Shown here in pieces: positions 27,210 to 41,099 of a stretch of 64,000 nt of DNA; position 1 is the stretch's first letter, and each line of letters opens with the position of its first letter. This DNA comes from Octopus bimaculoides (Eukaryota), in the NCBI RefSeq assembly GCF_001194135.2, contig NC_068983.1:158837731-158901730 (forward strand), in the 5' to 3' direction. A program made the translations under genes and the position numbers. The notes beneath the pieces are model-generated. The model worked only from the letters and a program-made list of their open reading frames with translations, had not been told where the DNA came from and did no database searches.

Positions 27210-28960
27210 GAAAAACCACTCGTCAATCCCCAGTTTCCACATCACCCACCAGATAAGGGATTGGAGGACCCTGTCAAAGGCTTTCTCCAAGTCAACAAAA
27301 GCCAAATATAGGGGTCTATCTTTGGCTAGGTATTTCTCCTGCAGTTGCCTTACCAGGAATATAGCATCAGTGGTGCTTCTACCTGGCACAAAACCGAACT
27401 GCATCTCATCTAAGCAGACTCTCTCCCTAATTAGTTGGACTATGACCCTCTCCATGACATTCATCTCCTGATCCAGTAGTTTGATACCCCTGTAGTTATT
27501 TCTGTCTAAAGTATCACCTTTACCTTTGTAGTAGTTGACTATGGTGCTGCTACGTCAGTCATTGGGTATGACTCCATCATGAACTACCCGGTTTACAATA
27601 CGAGTAACTAGGCCATAGCCCACACCACCAGATGTTTTAAGCATATCAGCAGTGATTCCCGATGGGCTGAGGGCTTTTCCTGGCTTCATGCCTTAATTGC
27701 TTTATCTACCAGGGAGCTGTCTATTCAGATAGCTGGTCCCTCAACTGGATCAACATTTGGCAGGCTCTCATCCTCCCATTCATTCTCTATGTTCAGCAGT
27801 CTTTCATAATGGCTCTTTTTTTTCCGAATTATTAAAAGCAAGTGAACCATCATCCATGCGGACACATTTCTCTCCTGTGACATCACAATTTTCTCTCACA
27901 CACTGTCTTGCAATCCGGAATACTTCAGTTCTTTGGTCCTCACATTGCTAGACATTGGCAAACTTCTTTTCTGCTTTGCCCTTGGCTACATATACCTGCC
28001 ACCCAGCCTCCCATTTGGCTATCTGGGATGGTTTCCTGCTACCCCACCTTTCCAGGCCTGTTTCTTTGCTCTGATGGCTTTGTCTACTGTATTATTCCAC
28101 CACCATGTTACTCTAGGTCCGGAAGGGACTTTGCACCATCCACAGACTTGGTCTGTGGCACTCAGTAAGCTGTTCCATAAGAATTTCCAGCTACCTTCTA
28201 TGTCTGAGGACTGTAGTTCCTCCTCCCTCTCATCAAATTTCTTGATGAGGATGTCCCTAAATCTCTGACCATGTTAATGGTTCTTTAGCTTCCAAATCTT
28301 TCTCTTCTGGATTGGTCTGCTTCTTGGCATCCTCCTGGTCTCGAGTCGAAAGTCACTAATGACTAGTCTATGCTGGTGGGNNNNNNNNNNNNNNNNNNNN
28401 NNNNNNNNNNNNNNNNNNNNNNNNNNNNGGGGGGGGGGGGGGAGTGCATACTTCACCTGGGAGGGTCTTTATATTTAAGAGAAACCCTGAGTCCTGCTGT
28501 CTGGTGAGGATGAAATCAATCTGGCTAGCAGAGTCCCTTGATTGAAAGGTTATCAAGTGGCTGTCTGGCTTCCTGAATTTAGTATTGCAGATTAAAATGT
28601 TACATGCATCACAGAATTCCAGTAGCCTAGTTCCCTCATCATTCAGGGAACCAATACAATGGCCCCCATGAACACCAGTGAAGATATCGGATTTCTGTCC
28701 AACACGCCCATTAAAATCTCCAGCCACAAAGATGAGGTCATTGACACTCGTCTTTGAGGTAGCCTGTAGGAGGGTATCATAAAAATGGTCCTTCTGATCA
28801 TTTGGTAGCCTTGGGCAGAGATAATTGTAGCTGTGCTGTTCTGCAGGACTAGCCTGAGCTTAAGCACTATCGCATACCCTAACAACCTCTATGACCTTAT
28901 CCACCCATTTCTCTGCAAGGAGTATGCCTACACCCCCTACTCCATCCATGTTACCATGCC
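27210..28960 (-). mobile_element. RTE-clade LINE: AP endonuclease plus N-terminal RT, truncated and frameshifted
   Basis: GVGILLAEKW, IFVAGDFNGRVG, SQIDFIL (endonuclease); QFGFVPGRSTTDAIFLVRQLQEKY...YLAFVDLEKAFDRV (RT). Confidence 0.95.
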
Positions 28961-29443
28961 AGTTTAATCTCTGTTTGCTCTATGCATGGGCTGGATTGAA
29001 TTGAGATTTGTACAATTATTCGACAAGAAACCTGCATAGAAAAAAAGAAAAAGAAAAAACGTTCACAAATTCCATCCCAACTTGATCCAAATGTGGATGC
29101 CTGATAGTGAGCAGATAAATCTTTTGAAACCCATGCTGCTGAAAAATGCCTAAATCTTAAATATTGTTCTATCAGTGCAACCAATTTTATTTCAACACTA
29201 AAATATCATTCATCATTTCTGTTGTTTTCTATGCTGGACAAAAATTAAAATGTAATTCAATAGCTGTAATTTTCATCTAAATTTACAGCTATTTTTTTTA
29301 ACCCTTTTGTTATCAACTGACAAGCTCTGATCCAAATCTGCCCATTCTAAAATTTAACTTCTAAATAAAACCCTTTCATCATACCTTTTATCTAGGAAGT
29401 TCTTATGTTCCAAGCAGCAGCTTCAGACATACACACACACGCA

Positions 29444-29475
<32 letters not shown>

Positions 29476-29489
29476 CATTGATATTTTTT

Positions 29490-29715
29490 TACTTGCTTCA
29501 GTCATTTGACTGTGGCCATGCTGGAGCACCACCTTTAGTCAAGTAAATTGATCCCAGGACTTTGGAATCTTTGTAAGCCTAGTACTTATTCTATTGGTCT
29601 CTTTTGCCAAATCGCTAAGTTACGGGGACGTAAACAGACCACCATCAGTTGTCAAGCGATGTTGGGGGGACAAACACAGACACACAAACATATACACACA
29701 TATATATATATATGT
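29490..29715 (-). mobile_element. CORE-type SINE 3' half
   Basis: TTTACTTGCTTCAGTCATTTGACTGTGGCCATGCTGGAGCACC; homologous to full copies at 45754 and 62590. Confidence 0.85.
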
Positions 29716-30279
29716 NNNNNNNNNNNNNNNNNNNNNNNNNNNNNNNNNNNNNNNNNNNNNNNNNNNNNNNNNNNNNNNNNNNNNNNNNNNNNNNNNNNNN
29801 NNNNNNNNNNNNNNNNNNNNNNNNNNNNNNNNNNNNNNNNNNNNNNNNNNNNNNNNNNNNNNNNNNNNNNNNNNNNNNNNNNNNNNNNNNNNNNNNNNNN
29901 NNNNNNNNNNNNNNNNNNNNNNNNNNNNNNNNNNNNNNNNNNNNNNNNNNNNNNNNNNNNNNNNNNNNNNNNNNNNNNNNNNNNNNNNNNNNNNNNNNNN
30001 NNNNNNNNNNNNNNNNNNNNNNNNNNNNNNNNNNNNNNNNNNNNNNNNNNNNNNNNNNNNNNNNNNNNNNNNNNNNNNNNNNNNNNNNNNNNNNNNNNNN
30101 NNNNNNNNNNNNNNNNNNNNNNNNNNNNNNNNNNNNNNNNNNNNNNNNNNNNNNNNNNNNNNNNNNNNNNNNNNNNNNNNNNNNNNNNNNNNNNNNNNNN
30201 NNNNNNNNNNNNNNNNNNNNNNNNNNNNNNNNNNNNNNNNNNNNACCAGCCTTGGTTTTTATAATATAAGCTTAATGTT

Positions 30280-30714
30280 TTAACCCTTTAGCATTCAGAT
30301 TAAATATAATGCTTATATATTCATATTGTTTTGAATTTATCATGCATTATCTTATAGCTTCAAGATTTAACCCTTTCATTACCAATCCGGCTGAAACCGG
30401 CTCTGGCTCTGAGCACAAATGTCTTGTTTACATAAGTTTTGAATTAAAATCTTCCACCAAACCTTAGTCACAATTTATGTTCCTAACACTAGCTGAATGA
30501 TAACTAAGTTATTTTACTAAATTCTTTGTTATATTTAAAGTAAGAAACACAGAGAATCTCAAAATAAATACAGTAACAAAAGGGTTAAATGTGATTCCTT
30601 ATTTTTAGAATCACATTGTAGGATAGGTGTGAGAGGCTGGATCTGGTCAGTCTGAACATAATATAGGTAGAATATTTAGGTCAAATTTTGCCAGATTAAA
30701 TGTTGAAGGGTTAA
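30280..30714. mobile_element. piggyBac MITE containing a second, nested piggyBac MITE (30367-30588)
   Basis: Outer TTAA|CCCTTTAG...TTGAAGGG|TTAA; inner TTAA|CCCTTTC...AAAAGGG|TTAA. Confidence 0.85.
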
Positions 30715-30774
30715 AGAGATCTAAAGCCACTAGTCAAAATTCCACGTTAATTTATGTTCCAAACACCAGGTTTT

Positions 30775-30954
30775 ACTCCTTTTACTCGTTTCAGTCATTT
30801 GACTGCGGCCATGCTGGAGCACCACCTTTAGTTGAGCAAATCGACCCCGGGACTTATTCTTTATAAGCCTAGTCTCTTTTTCTGAACCGCTAAGTGACGG
30901 AGACATAAACACACCAGCATCGGTTGTCAAGCAATGCTAGGGGGATAAACACAG

Positions 30955-30993
<39 letters not shown>

Positions 30994-31085
30994 CGACAGG
31001 CATAGCTTTCGTCTACCAAAATCCACTCACAAGGCTTTGGTTGGCCCAAGGCTATAGTAGAAGACACTTGCCCAAGATGTCACGC
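30775..31085 (-). mobile_element. CORE-type SINE (5'-truncated)
   Basis: Same tail and CORE-like GACACTTGCCCAAG motif as the other copies. Confidence 0.85.
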
Positions 31086-31399
31086 ATATCGTACTAAATT
31101 CATTATTTTCAAAATTAATGCATTTTAATAAAAGGGTTAACCCAATGCAAGAAACTTCATGAGAACTGTGGCTAATTTCTAATTATCTATGAAATAATCT
31201 TTGTTACAGCTAAAACCTTATGATTTTTAAATATTTCATTTACATATGACATTCATTTGCTAAATCAATAGCAAGATATTCATTCCTCTCTAGCATTCAA
31301 ACAGCCTACATCAGACCTGCACTGTCTTCAAATTCATTCTTCAATGAGTAGGGATATGAAAATGCCTCTTAAGAGAACAAAATCACTTTCTGCTTATAA

Positions 31400-31740
31400 A
31401 GAAACATGAAACTAATTCTATTCTCTTGAATAAAACCAGATTAAAACCCCAAAAAGCCACTACAAATGCTACGCCTCAATCTCATATTCACTACATCAAA
31501 AACTGCACCCAAAAGACAAGCCTTCCTTTTTAGAAGTAGGAAATATTTGATGAGCCATTGATTCTCTATAATCCTCAAGGACAATGGAACACTGCTCCCA
31601 CATCTGGGATGGTACTGCTGCTGAATACATACACACTACTAACATACTAGATACCAAAAGAAAGCCAACTCATTCATCAACACACTTCACACTGAAGCTA
31701 CATTCCAGTTATCTCCTTTCCCTACTTTATCACTACTAGA
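31400..31740 (+). mobile_element. Degenerate CR1/L2-like RT 3' fragment
   Basis: MEHCSHIWDGTAA...NILD resembles the CR1-type MEYCSHIWxG motif. Confidence 0.6.
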
Positions 31741-31780
31741 GCAGTTTATGGGCCTTAAAACTAGCTAGTTGTATACCATC

Positions 31781-32310
31781 TCATCATCATCATCATCATC
31801 ATTTAATGTCCGCTTTCCATGCTAGCATGGGCTGGATGATTTGACTGAGGACTGGCGAACCAGATGGCTGCACCAGGCTCCAATCTGATCTGGCAGAGTT
31901 ACAGCTGGATGCCCTTCCTAACGTCAACCACTCCCGAAAGTGTAGTGGGTGCTTTTATGTGCCAGTCAGGCGGTGCTGGCAACAGTCACACTCAAAATGG
32001 TGTTTTTTACGTGCCGCTTGCACTGGAGCCAGTCCAGTGGGACTGACCTCGCGCAAATGTTTTTTCACGTGCCAGTAAGGCGACACTGGTAACGATCACG
32101 CTCAAATGGTGCTGTTTACGTGCCACTGGCACAGAAGCCAGACAGCTGCTCTGGCAATGATCATGCTTGGATGGTGCTGTTAGCGCTCCACTGGCACAGG
32201 TGCCAGTCATCGAATTTGGTTCAATTACGATATCGATTTCACTTGCCCCAACAGGTCTTCGCAAGCAGAGATTAGTGTCCAATGAAGGAAAGGTTGGCAT
32301 GGGCGCCAGA
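31781..32310 (-). mobile_element. RTE-related 3' UTR / SINE-like repeat, long copy with (CAT)n on the plus strand
   Basis: Reverse-complement homology to 12315-12852 and 53700-53965. Confidence 0.9.
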
Positions 32311-35300
32311 AACTGTAGAAACCCACATCTACATATACACACACGACAAATACACATAATGTATGCCTGTATACAAGCACTGGCAAAGCTGTATGATCTC
32401 AACCACATAATTTCCGGTTCAGTCGCAAAGTGGAGCAAAAGTGTCTTCTACTATAGCCCAATGTCTTGCAAGGGAATGTCAGAGACAGAACTTGAAGGAA
32501 GCTCACTGTGCACACATGCACATAAGTACATGTGTTTGAATGATTGCAAAAATCAGTTATGGTTTCTGATAATGACATTACCACTCGTAATAGGCCTACA
32601 ACTGGTAACATTCATTGACATTTCCAGCCAATAAATCACCTGCTAACTCAGCACTTTCAAATTCCTCCTGAGTTAGAAAAAGAAACAATTCTTTGCATGA
32701 GGAACATGTAAGAGTTGGCAGCAAGAAGAATATCCCGCTATAAAAATCCTGCTTTAATTTCCTCCATAGAACAATGACCATTAAACAAATGGTGTGTGTA
32801 TGTGTGTGTGCGCACATGCGCTTGTACATTAACTGACCTGAGAAACAACTTCAACAAACATTTTTATCTTCAGTAATTTCAAAACATTTTTATCTTCAGT
32901 AAGCCAAAATGGCTTAAGATACATTTATTTCTTCTGGGAACTAGTGGTTTTAGCCAATCTTGTTTCAACTGACCAAATTTCATTTAAACCCTATCTCCAC
33001 TGGTAGGTACTTTTTCTTTTGTTCAAAACTAGAAATACATACACATACACAACACAGTGGAAGCCGCTTATGACAATCAGACATGATCAATTGCATTGTT
33101 ACTGAAAATGTTTCATTTCAAAGTAATCATAATAAGCGGTTTCCATTGTGCACATTTATATTAGTACTGACAGGACAAAAATCAGTACACAAGGTCAAGA
33201 TAGCTTCTTTATGTTAATGCTCACTTTATTTTTCTGTATATTACAAGACAGATGAAATAAGTATGAGACTAAGTATGGAAGGATAGAGTGATATAATCAA
33301 CTAAAACCTTTCAAAAACAGTTCTCCAACAATCACCACAATTTACAATCAAGAGTAGATTTGAAGCTCGAACAGATTTCTTTAGGATATAAAACTAGATG
33401 GTGGTGCAGCATAACTAAATATTTGAAAGAAGTGTATATGATGTACTTTGCTCAGAATTGGCATGGAAAAATATAGAAGTTTCTCCCAATGTAATGGTTA
33501 GTGGCACCATCCATTGCTCATCTAACCTGATGACTCATGGTTATCATTCAAAGTCAACTGGTTGTAAATGCCTGAGTGATGAGTTTAACAATGGAATAGG
33601 CTGTTACGGCTTGTACTCAGAAACTGAATCTAAATACAAAGGAAAGGTAGGACAATGATTGGGGAAAGGACTTTTTTAAAATCTGTAGAAGATAAAAGCA
33701 GAACTGCAAGCTAAAGAAGCATTTGCCAATGAGCACTGAGTAGTTACTTTGTAGCACCACCTGTTTTCAACTTGAATCAGTTCTTTTCGAAAGTGTACTG
33801 GCCTTGAGCATGATACAGTGCTCTCCAATCAGCTGTCTCCATTATTCAGGTATTTCAATTTTATTGCTGCACCAGATTATTTTCTTCTTGGTTTTTAGTG
33901 TCCATGAACCACACACCAAAAAGATGTTACTAGGAAACCTGTGCAATCAGTAATAGATGTCAGCAATGATGAAATTCAACATAAAGCACTTGACCAGGCA
34001 GATGTAGTCGAAGAGTATGAAATACACGTAGATTTTCAGTGCAGGCAGGGTACAATCCTCAATTCTATACCAGAAATAATGTCCTTTTTTTTTTTTTTTT
34101 TTTTTTAAATGATCTAATTGTGTATCTAACCAATAGAAAACTAGGTCATCTACTTCAAAGGCTGTTAACATAAGACATGAGCTGTTTATCATCACCATTG
34201 TTTAAATGTCCACTTTTCCTTGCTTGCAAGAGCCAGATTTTCTATGGCCAGATGCTCTTCCTTTCTCCAACCCTTACCTGTTTTCAAGCAAGGTGATATT
34301 TCCTCAAGTCCTTTGAACACAACAGCCTGAAATGTTTACACAAAAATGAAAACACGCCTGGCCATTGTGTTGTTTGTGATAATTATCATTTACAATTAGC
34401 ATGTGATGTCAAGACAAATAGAAATGAGAAGATACACAGTTTGTTTTAGTATCTATCTACCAAATTCACTCACAAGGTTCCAGCCAGCTCTGCACCACAG
34501 AAAACACTTGCACAAAGCGCTCTGACGGATTGGCAAACTTCTTAATCATACAGCCATGCTTGAATAACTAACATTTCTTCACTCCAAGCAGAGTTGAGAA
34601 CATGCAGGTGGATATTACCACTCAAGACTCTTGAAAATATAAAAGTGTCAGAAGAAGTAAAATCAGTAACAACATACACCAAGCAAGTTTTGCTATAAAA
34701 GCATAACCAGAAAAAGTTAGTGGAAATGATGGAAAACATTCCTCTTCTGAAAATCAAATAGGATAGCAATTCTTGATTATGATATTGCTACAGAAGTACA
34801 CCACCTGCTCTGAAGTTATGCCAAAGTCTGTCGGGATTGATCATATCAAAAGCTACCCAAAATTCAGCAAAATAAACACTGGTTGTAGGTAACACCCATT
34901 TTATTCAAAGAATTCTTTATAATGTGAAAATTTAACCTGAATACCTACAACAAACTTCAAGTGTCTGAAGATGCAGACAGGAGAAAGAAGATTGAAAATC
35001 TTCACAGCAAAGTGGTTGCTATAGAAAATTTTATCACATTGTCGGGAGGTATGACATGTCAAGAATAATCCAGTTCTCAAGATGTGAGAGATGACCATAG
35101 GAAGTAATATGACTTTAACTTTTTTTTCTCTCATTCTAAGCTTCAATTTCTTCAGAAGTTGGTGTCTTTGACAAAGGAGCAACTTACTGAAGTGACTAGC
35201 TACAACATGATGACAATAGAAAAAAATGAAGTTTTTGCTAAAAGAGTATTTCAACATGTAGTCTGTAAAGTAATCAGTTGATGATTTTGAAAAAGAATAT

Positions 35301-36079
35301 GCAAAGAACAAAAGTTAAAAGACTAAGATTTATAAGAATCATGCTGATTAGGAAATATGTGGTTCAGTGCTATTTACTAAACTAAGAATATATATACAAG
35401 AATTTGTAGAAGAAATTTATAAGAATAAATGATCTTCCCTTGAAGCTTTAGTACTACAAAAGATACAGGACCAATAGCTGTAACACTCAAAAAGAAAGAT
35501 TTCATATAAATTTTTGCTATCTTTAGCCAAAAATGAAATGTTTCAAAAGGAAAAAGAATGCAAGTTAGAATGGCTCATGTATTATAAAGAACATCTATGA
35601 GAATACTGAAAAACGACATTTTCATTGCTAGCTTTTAGATTAGAAAATGTGGCTCTGATGTAAGGATTAAATAAGAAAATCACAGGACAGGGCAATAGTT
35701 CCTGTCAGCAACAGCAGAAAGATAAAGTTTAGGCATTAATAATGAAGAAATTGACCGTTAAGAGATATAAATAGAGAATAATTAATGTCACCCATTGGCC
35801 AAATTCCATGATTGCAACTTGGATTATGATGTAGATTTCGCATGTAACTTTAGTAACTTATGGGCCTAAAATATGGTAATGTCAATACAAATGGATAATG
35901 AAATTATTGACTGTATTTTGCTGGTAATAATTAACTCTCCAAGTGAAGGACAGATTTGTATGATGCTTGCACAAGAAGTGCAATGTTGCACTGTACTGAA
36001 ATTTAGGCTTTGAAAGCAGAAGATATACAAAACTTCAAAGAAATGAAATGAATATGCTCTGCTGAGTGTATAATGCTAG

Positions 36080-36380
36080 TGTGTATGAAAAAACAGTGCA
36101 CAAATGAGCTAAGGAAAAAAACTGAGTATTAGAGGAATCAGATTCAATGTGCAAGAGAAGAGACTGAGCAGATATAGACATGTCATGTATATGGAGGACA
36201 ACAAATGAATAAAGAAATTCAGATTGATCCAAGTAGAAGGAACCTACAGGAGACCAAAGAAGCAATGGTGAAAGCTGATCTAATGAGGTTGATGGGCTTG
36301 ATAGAAGACCACAAGTAATGAGACACTATACTGAAAAAGATCTGTCAACATGCAAGCATGAAAAAATGAATGTAAAATGA
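36080..36380 (+). mobile_element. Degenerate RTE 3' ORF end
   Basis: ELRKKLSIRGIRFNVQEKRLSRYRHVMYMED...VEGTYRRPKKQW. Confidence 0.7.
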
Positions 36381-39300
36381 TGAAAATGTACCAAACTAAT
36401 CAGCTTTTCAAGTGAAGTTTCCTGTTGCTGGTTACAATATCAAAAGACTATGATGATTTTTATCATTGCTTTAGACAATGTTGAAATAGACAAAATAACT
36501 GAACCTTTCAGGGATATTCTGGCAAGTTCTTCAAGAAAAATTCCAACAAAATCATTTAAAAGTTTGCCCTTTGATTCAGGGCAACTGCTAACATTTTCCA
36601 AAAGATTTAAAAGGTGTCAGGTAACTTGATAAATTTCTTCTTTGTGTCAAGGCAGAACTCTTGTGGTAAAGAGGTAATGTGTCCCAGGAGATTCCATGCT
36701 TTACACTCCAAAAGCTGAAAAAACATAACTTCTGCATCCAGAGTAGTGGCTCTGATTACATATTCTGATCTTGTACACATAAAATTATATGCTTATTTTA
36801 TGGATTGCTACTTTTAAGATGAACACTTGATTGTGAGTAGCTATCTCATTCATAAGCCACTGTTTGTTGCACACTGTAATCTGCAGCTAACTCCCATAAC
36901 TGAGGGAGACCTTTATCAAGCTAATTGGTAGGCCAAGCAGTCAAGTCTAAGCAACATTCATAAACATGAAAATTAAAACTTCTGAATCATCTAGCATTAT
37001 TGAAGAAGTGTAAATAATTTAAAACTGGAGAAAAAGGAAGTCAATTCATAAAGGTAGTTCATATTATAGCCAAATGTTTCAATCTAAATGCTAATATTAC
37101 TGAAAAGGTGGAAAAAAAAAGAGGAAAATCAATCTTGCTAGCCTAAAGACATCTGCAAGCAGATAGTTAAATATAATACATTGGAGCACTCGATATAAAA
37201 GTGAATACATAAAATGAGATACATTTGTGTCATGCACAATCAAACAAGGTATTTAGTTATCAAGATGGTACCTGGAAGCCTTCTTTTTCACAGCTGTTAC
37301 TTGACACGACTTTAAGATTCAAAGCAAATGATTTCTATTTTACAAACAAAATATAGAAATTACTTTGAAATTATGTGAAAATCTTTTGGAAAAAAAATAC
37401 AAGAAAAACAAACAAAAAATCAGATGAAGACATTATTTAACTTGGTATGTTAAGAATCCAATACAATTTTTAATGTCCAAAGTTGAAATATATGAACCCT
37501 TCCACCAAACCCCACTTAAATCATACAATCTGTAACAGGTTGTAATAACTTATTACTACTAAACATGTTACTCCTGATAAAGTTATACATGTGTGGTGTT
37601 AAAGTAAAAGATTAAATAGGACATTAGTGTCTTGTAAATCATAGACATACCTTGCAAGATAAATTTGGTAAGGGATCTATTATCTCCATAAACATGTATT
37701 ATGCTTCTTACAATTTCCCTTATGCAAAACAAAAAAAAAAATCAGAGATTTGGTGAAAACAGTTTACTTGTTTATAAGATGTGAAACTTTCTTTTTAAAA
37801 TATCCATCATCACAATAAAAATCATATTGAGTTAACGAAGAAGCCTCTGCATGACTACTCAACCAGCTAGAAATAGCAGCCAGCTACCTCTGAAATCACA
37901 CTACTAGCTTAATAAAAGGCCACATTAAATATCATGGTCCTAGACAACTATATCTGGAGGGAAAAGATGGGAAATGTACAACTGGAATGCCTTTCATCAT
38001 AGCTTTGCACAATCAGGTTCCACTTGGGGCAAATACAATGGAAATCACAAGTAGCATTCTCCACATTTTAGAAAAAAAATCTTGGTGAATAGAAAAACAA
38101 ACTGTATGAAAAGTAAAATTAAAACATTGAACATAATATGTTCTATTTTGAAGGTGTAACTATGTAAAACAAATGTAAACTAGAAATATTTCCAAGTTTC
38201 TAAATAAATGCATTAGCATTTAAAAATTAGATACTGGGAGACATCACTGTGTACTACTCAATAACTAACAAATTCTAAGAATATATCTTGTAACAAGACA
38301 AACGAAATAATGTCATGAATAACTTTAAAGTCAAGTCAAACTGTAGACAGAAATAACAGGTATAAAATAATTGGTATACTCTTGTTTATAACCAAAAGAA
38401 AACCAAAACTAAATCAAAAAATATAGACATATGTAAATAATTATGCTGACCTTCTCAAATTTAAACTTTCTATAATTGAATGCTAGAAGCAGAGTAAAAA
38501 ATAAGTATATAATCACCTTTACGAACCAATGAAACTGGACTTCTACATTGGCCTTTATCAATGAGAAAGCAAATGTTGAGTCATGTCTAAAATGACATTT
38601 CAGGCAACAGAGATTGTGCACTTATAATGTCTACTGGTTGCATTGAAATCCCAGCACTCACTAATGTTGATTTTTCAATAAATTACTCTACAATTTAATA
38701 TTAATTTTCTCAGCACATATTCTGATGAAAAGAAAATGCTGGAATTTTTCAAGACTTTTAAATTATTTTATCTTTTCTATCTAAACTATATCTCAATTTT
38801 TTTTTATCTTGATAACATTAATTCATGTCCTGTGGTTAGAATTAAATTAGTTACTTTTATTTTTAATAGCAGACCACATGAATACTGGGTTATATATGTG
38901 TTTAACTTTGTTTAAATGTATATATTTGAAATATAGTACTTGAAGGCATTCTGAGAATAAATGTTTTAAATTTAGTGAAATTTTATTTAACTTACTAGAA
39001 AATACGTTCTTAGAAATTGGATATCATAAAAATGATTCCCTCTCAAAATGTAACACAAAACATCAGCCTAATAATCTGGAAAACCCATACTGCCAACATT
39101 CCTAACCCAAGAGAACATTTGAGTTATACTAAAAGATAATATCTTTCATTATCAATTTAAAATCCTTTTCCTTATGCATTAATTAGTTGATATGACATTT
39201 TATTTAATGCTTGGTACATTGCCATGCCAACAATTTATTTCTGCTCTGACAACCGATGTACTGATACAACTTCTGTAGTTCATTGTATTATTTTCTATTC

Positions 39301-40076
39301 AATACTACTACCAAATCATGTAACATTTCAAATATCTCCAATCCAACGTACATAGTCATGTATTTTATGAAGTTTGATATAATCCATTGTTTTAATGTCC
39401 ACATGAGCCAGACGGAATTTGTCGAGGCAGATTTTACTACAGCCAGACATCCTTCCTGTAACCAACCCTTACCTGTTTCCAAGGTAATATTTTCCCTTGG
39501 ACAGACCGGTTTTCATGAAAGATTAGAAGAACATTAATAGTATGGCTATGACATCTGTTCACAACTATCATGTAATGTTAAGACAAGGAGGCACCAACTT
39601 ACATGTATATATACAACAAGCTTCTTTCAGTTCTCATCTACTATTGACAAGGCTTTGATCAGCTCATAGTTATAGAAGTCAAAATATCACACTGAGAATG
39701 AACTCAGGACTATGTGCTTGGGAAATAAGTTCTTAACCACACAGCTATGCCTGTGCCTACACTTTAAAAATTAAATGACAGACAATATATAAATTTTCAA
39801 ATTTGATTACCTTAGCTTTTAGTTTGTTATAATTGGTCATGCCAAAATCAAATTTACTACTTACATGATGTTTAGTGAACATCATATAATAAAAAGTAGC
39901 AATTTAACTTAATTGCTTATACAGTTTTAGCTGTAAACAAATATATTGAATTAATGTCAAAAATTTTTTAGTTTTACTTTTTTTCTATTTGTTTATGTAG
40001 GTAATGCATAATTTCTCAAAGTAAAGCACTTATATTTCAACAAGATGACAGAAATACTAAATATCATTTATACCTT

Positions 40077-40680
40077 ACCACACACGCATGAAACATCTAA
40101 GCATTCATATAGGGACTTCAGGGAAACCAGGCATTGCCTATTCACCCCAAACTTCTGCATAATCCTCCACATGTCCCATGGTACACAGTCTACAAAGCAA
40201 GAGTACACCTCTCGGTAATATTCTCACAATTTCTCAAAAACCTGCCATAGAGTGAAGATCTGGTTGGTTGTGCTGTGTCCAGGATGGAAGTCATACTGTT
40301 CATCCCGCTTGGGCCTCACAATTCCCTTACATCTTATCCAAACACCAAGCATAGGATCTACCAGGGAGGGTCAACAAGGAGAGTCCGCTATAATTAGAGC
40401 ATTCTTTTGTCTCTGCACTGAGCTCCAGTACCACAGACGTGATTAGAATGTCATAGGAAAGAACTGCAAGATGGATTCTTCAAGCGAAGCCAACCAGTAG
40501 GAGGATTAGGGGTCGACCAAAAACAAGCTGGTTGAATAATATCCATAGTCTTAGTTGATCACACTTAGGAATCCAGCTGGAAAGTCTGACAAATGCTACT
40601 GATCAGATCCTATGGAGGCAGTACCTAAGGACTAACCCCAGTACCCTTGCAGAAACAGTGGGTGGAGAAGATGGTAGGAT
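40077..40680 (-). mobile_element. Degenerate LINE reverse-transcriptase fragment (RTE-like)
   Basis: CSNYSGLSLLTLPG, a frameshifted F.PG.ST.QIFTL region, and YSCFVD..VPWDMWRIMQKFGV. Confidence 0.75.
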
Positions 40681-41099
40681 ATGAAATTGATTGAATAAAA
40701 TATCAGATGGCTGCAATACTTTTGCTTCAATCATTTGAAGAAATATTCAATGCAGCTAACTTAATATTGAACAGTCAGTCATGTAAAAGACATTACTAAA
40801 TGATGTAAAGGAATTTTATTATACTATCACAACAATCACTCTCTCTTAAGAACTCGGGTGCTTTAGTGGAATTCACAGATGTAAACATTCAGTTCCCTCC
40901 TCATTAATGTTTTTCTTTCATTGTTTGGGTCGGGCATCAGCCATATCTAACTAATCTGAGAGGGCCTGCAAAGATAATCATCACTAATATTCTAAGTTAT
41001 TTCAAAAAGAAAGCACCTGCAAAAACTGCCCTATTTCTCACCTCTAGTTGCCACTCATATGTGAATCTATCAAAATCCAAATACTTTGTCATTACTAAA

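Noticed and set aside
7145-39930. Further minus-strand AG...GTAAG exon-like segments (7145-7258, 10269-10311, ~21838-21987, 39865-39930)
   Set aside because: All frames contain stops, and such site pairs are expected by chance in AT-rich DNA; not supportable without RNA data.
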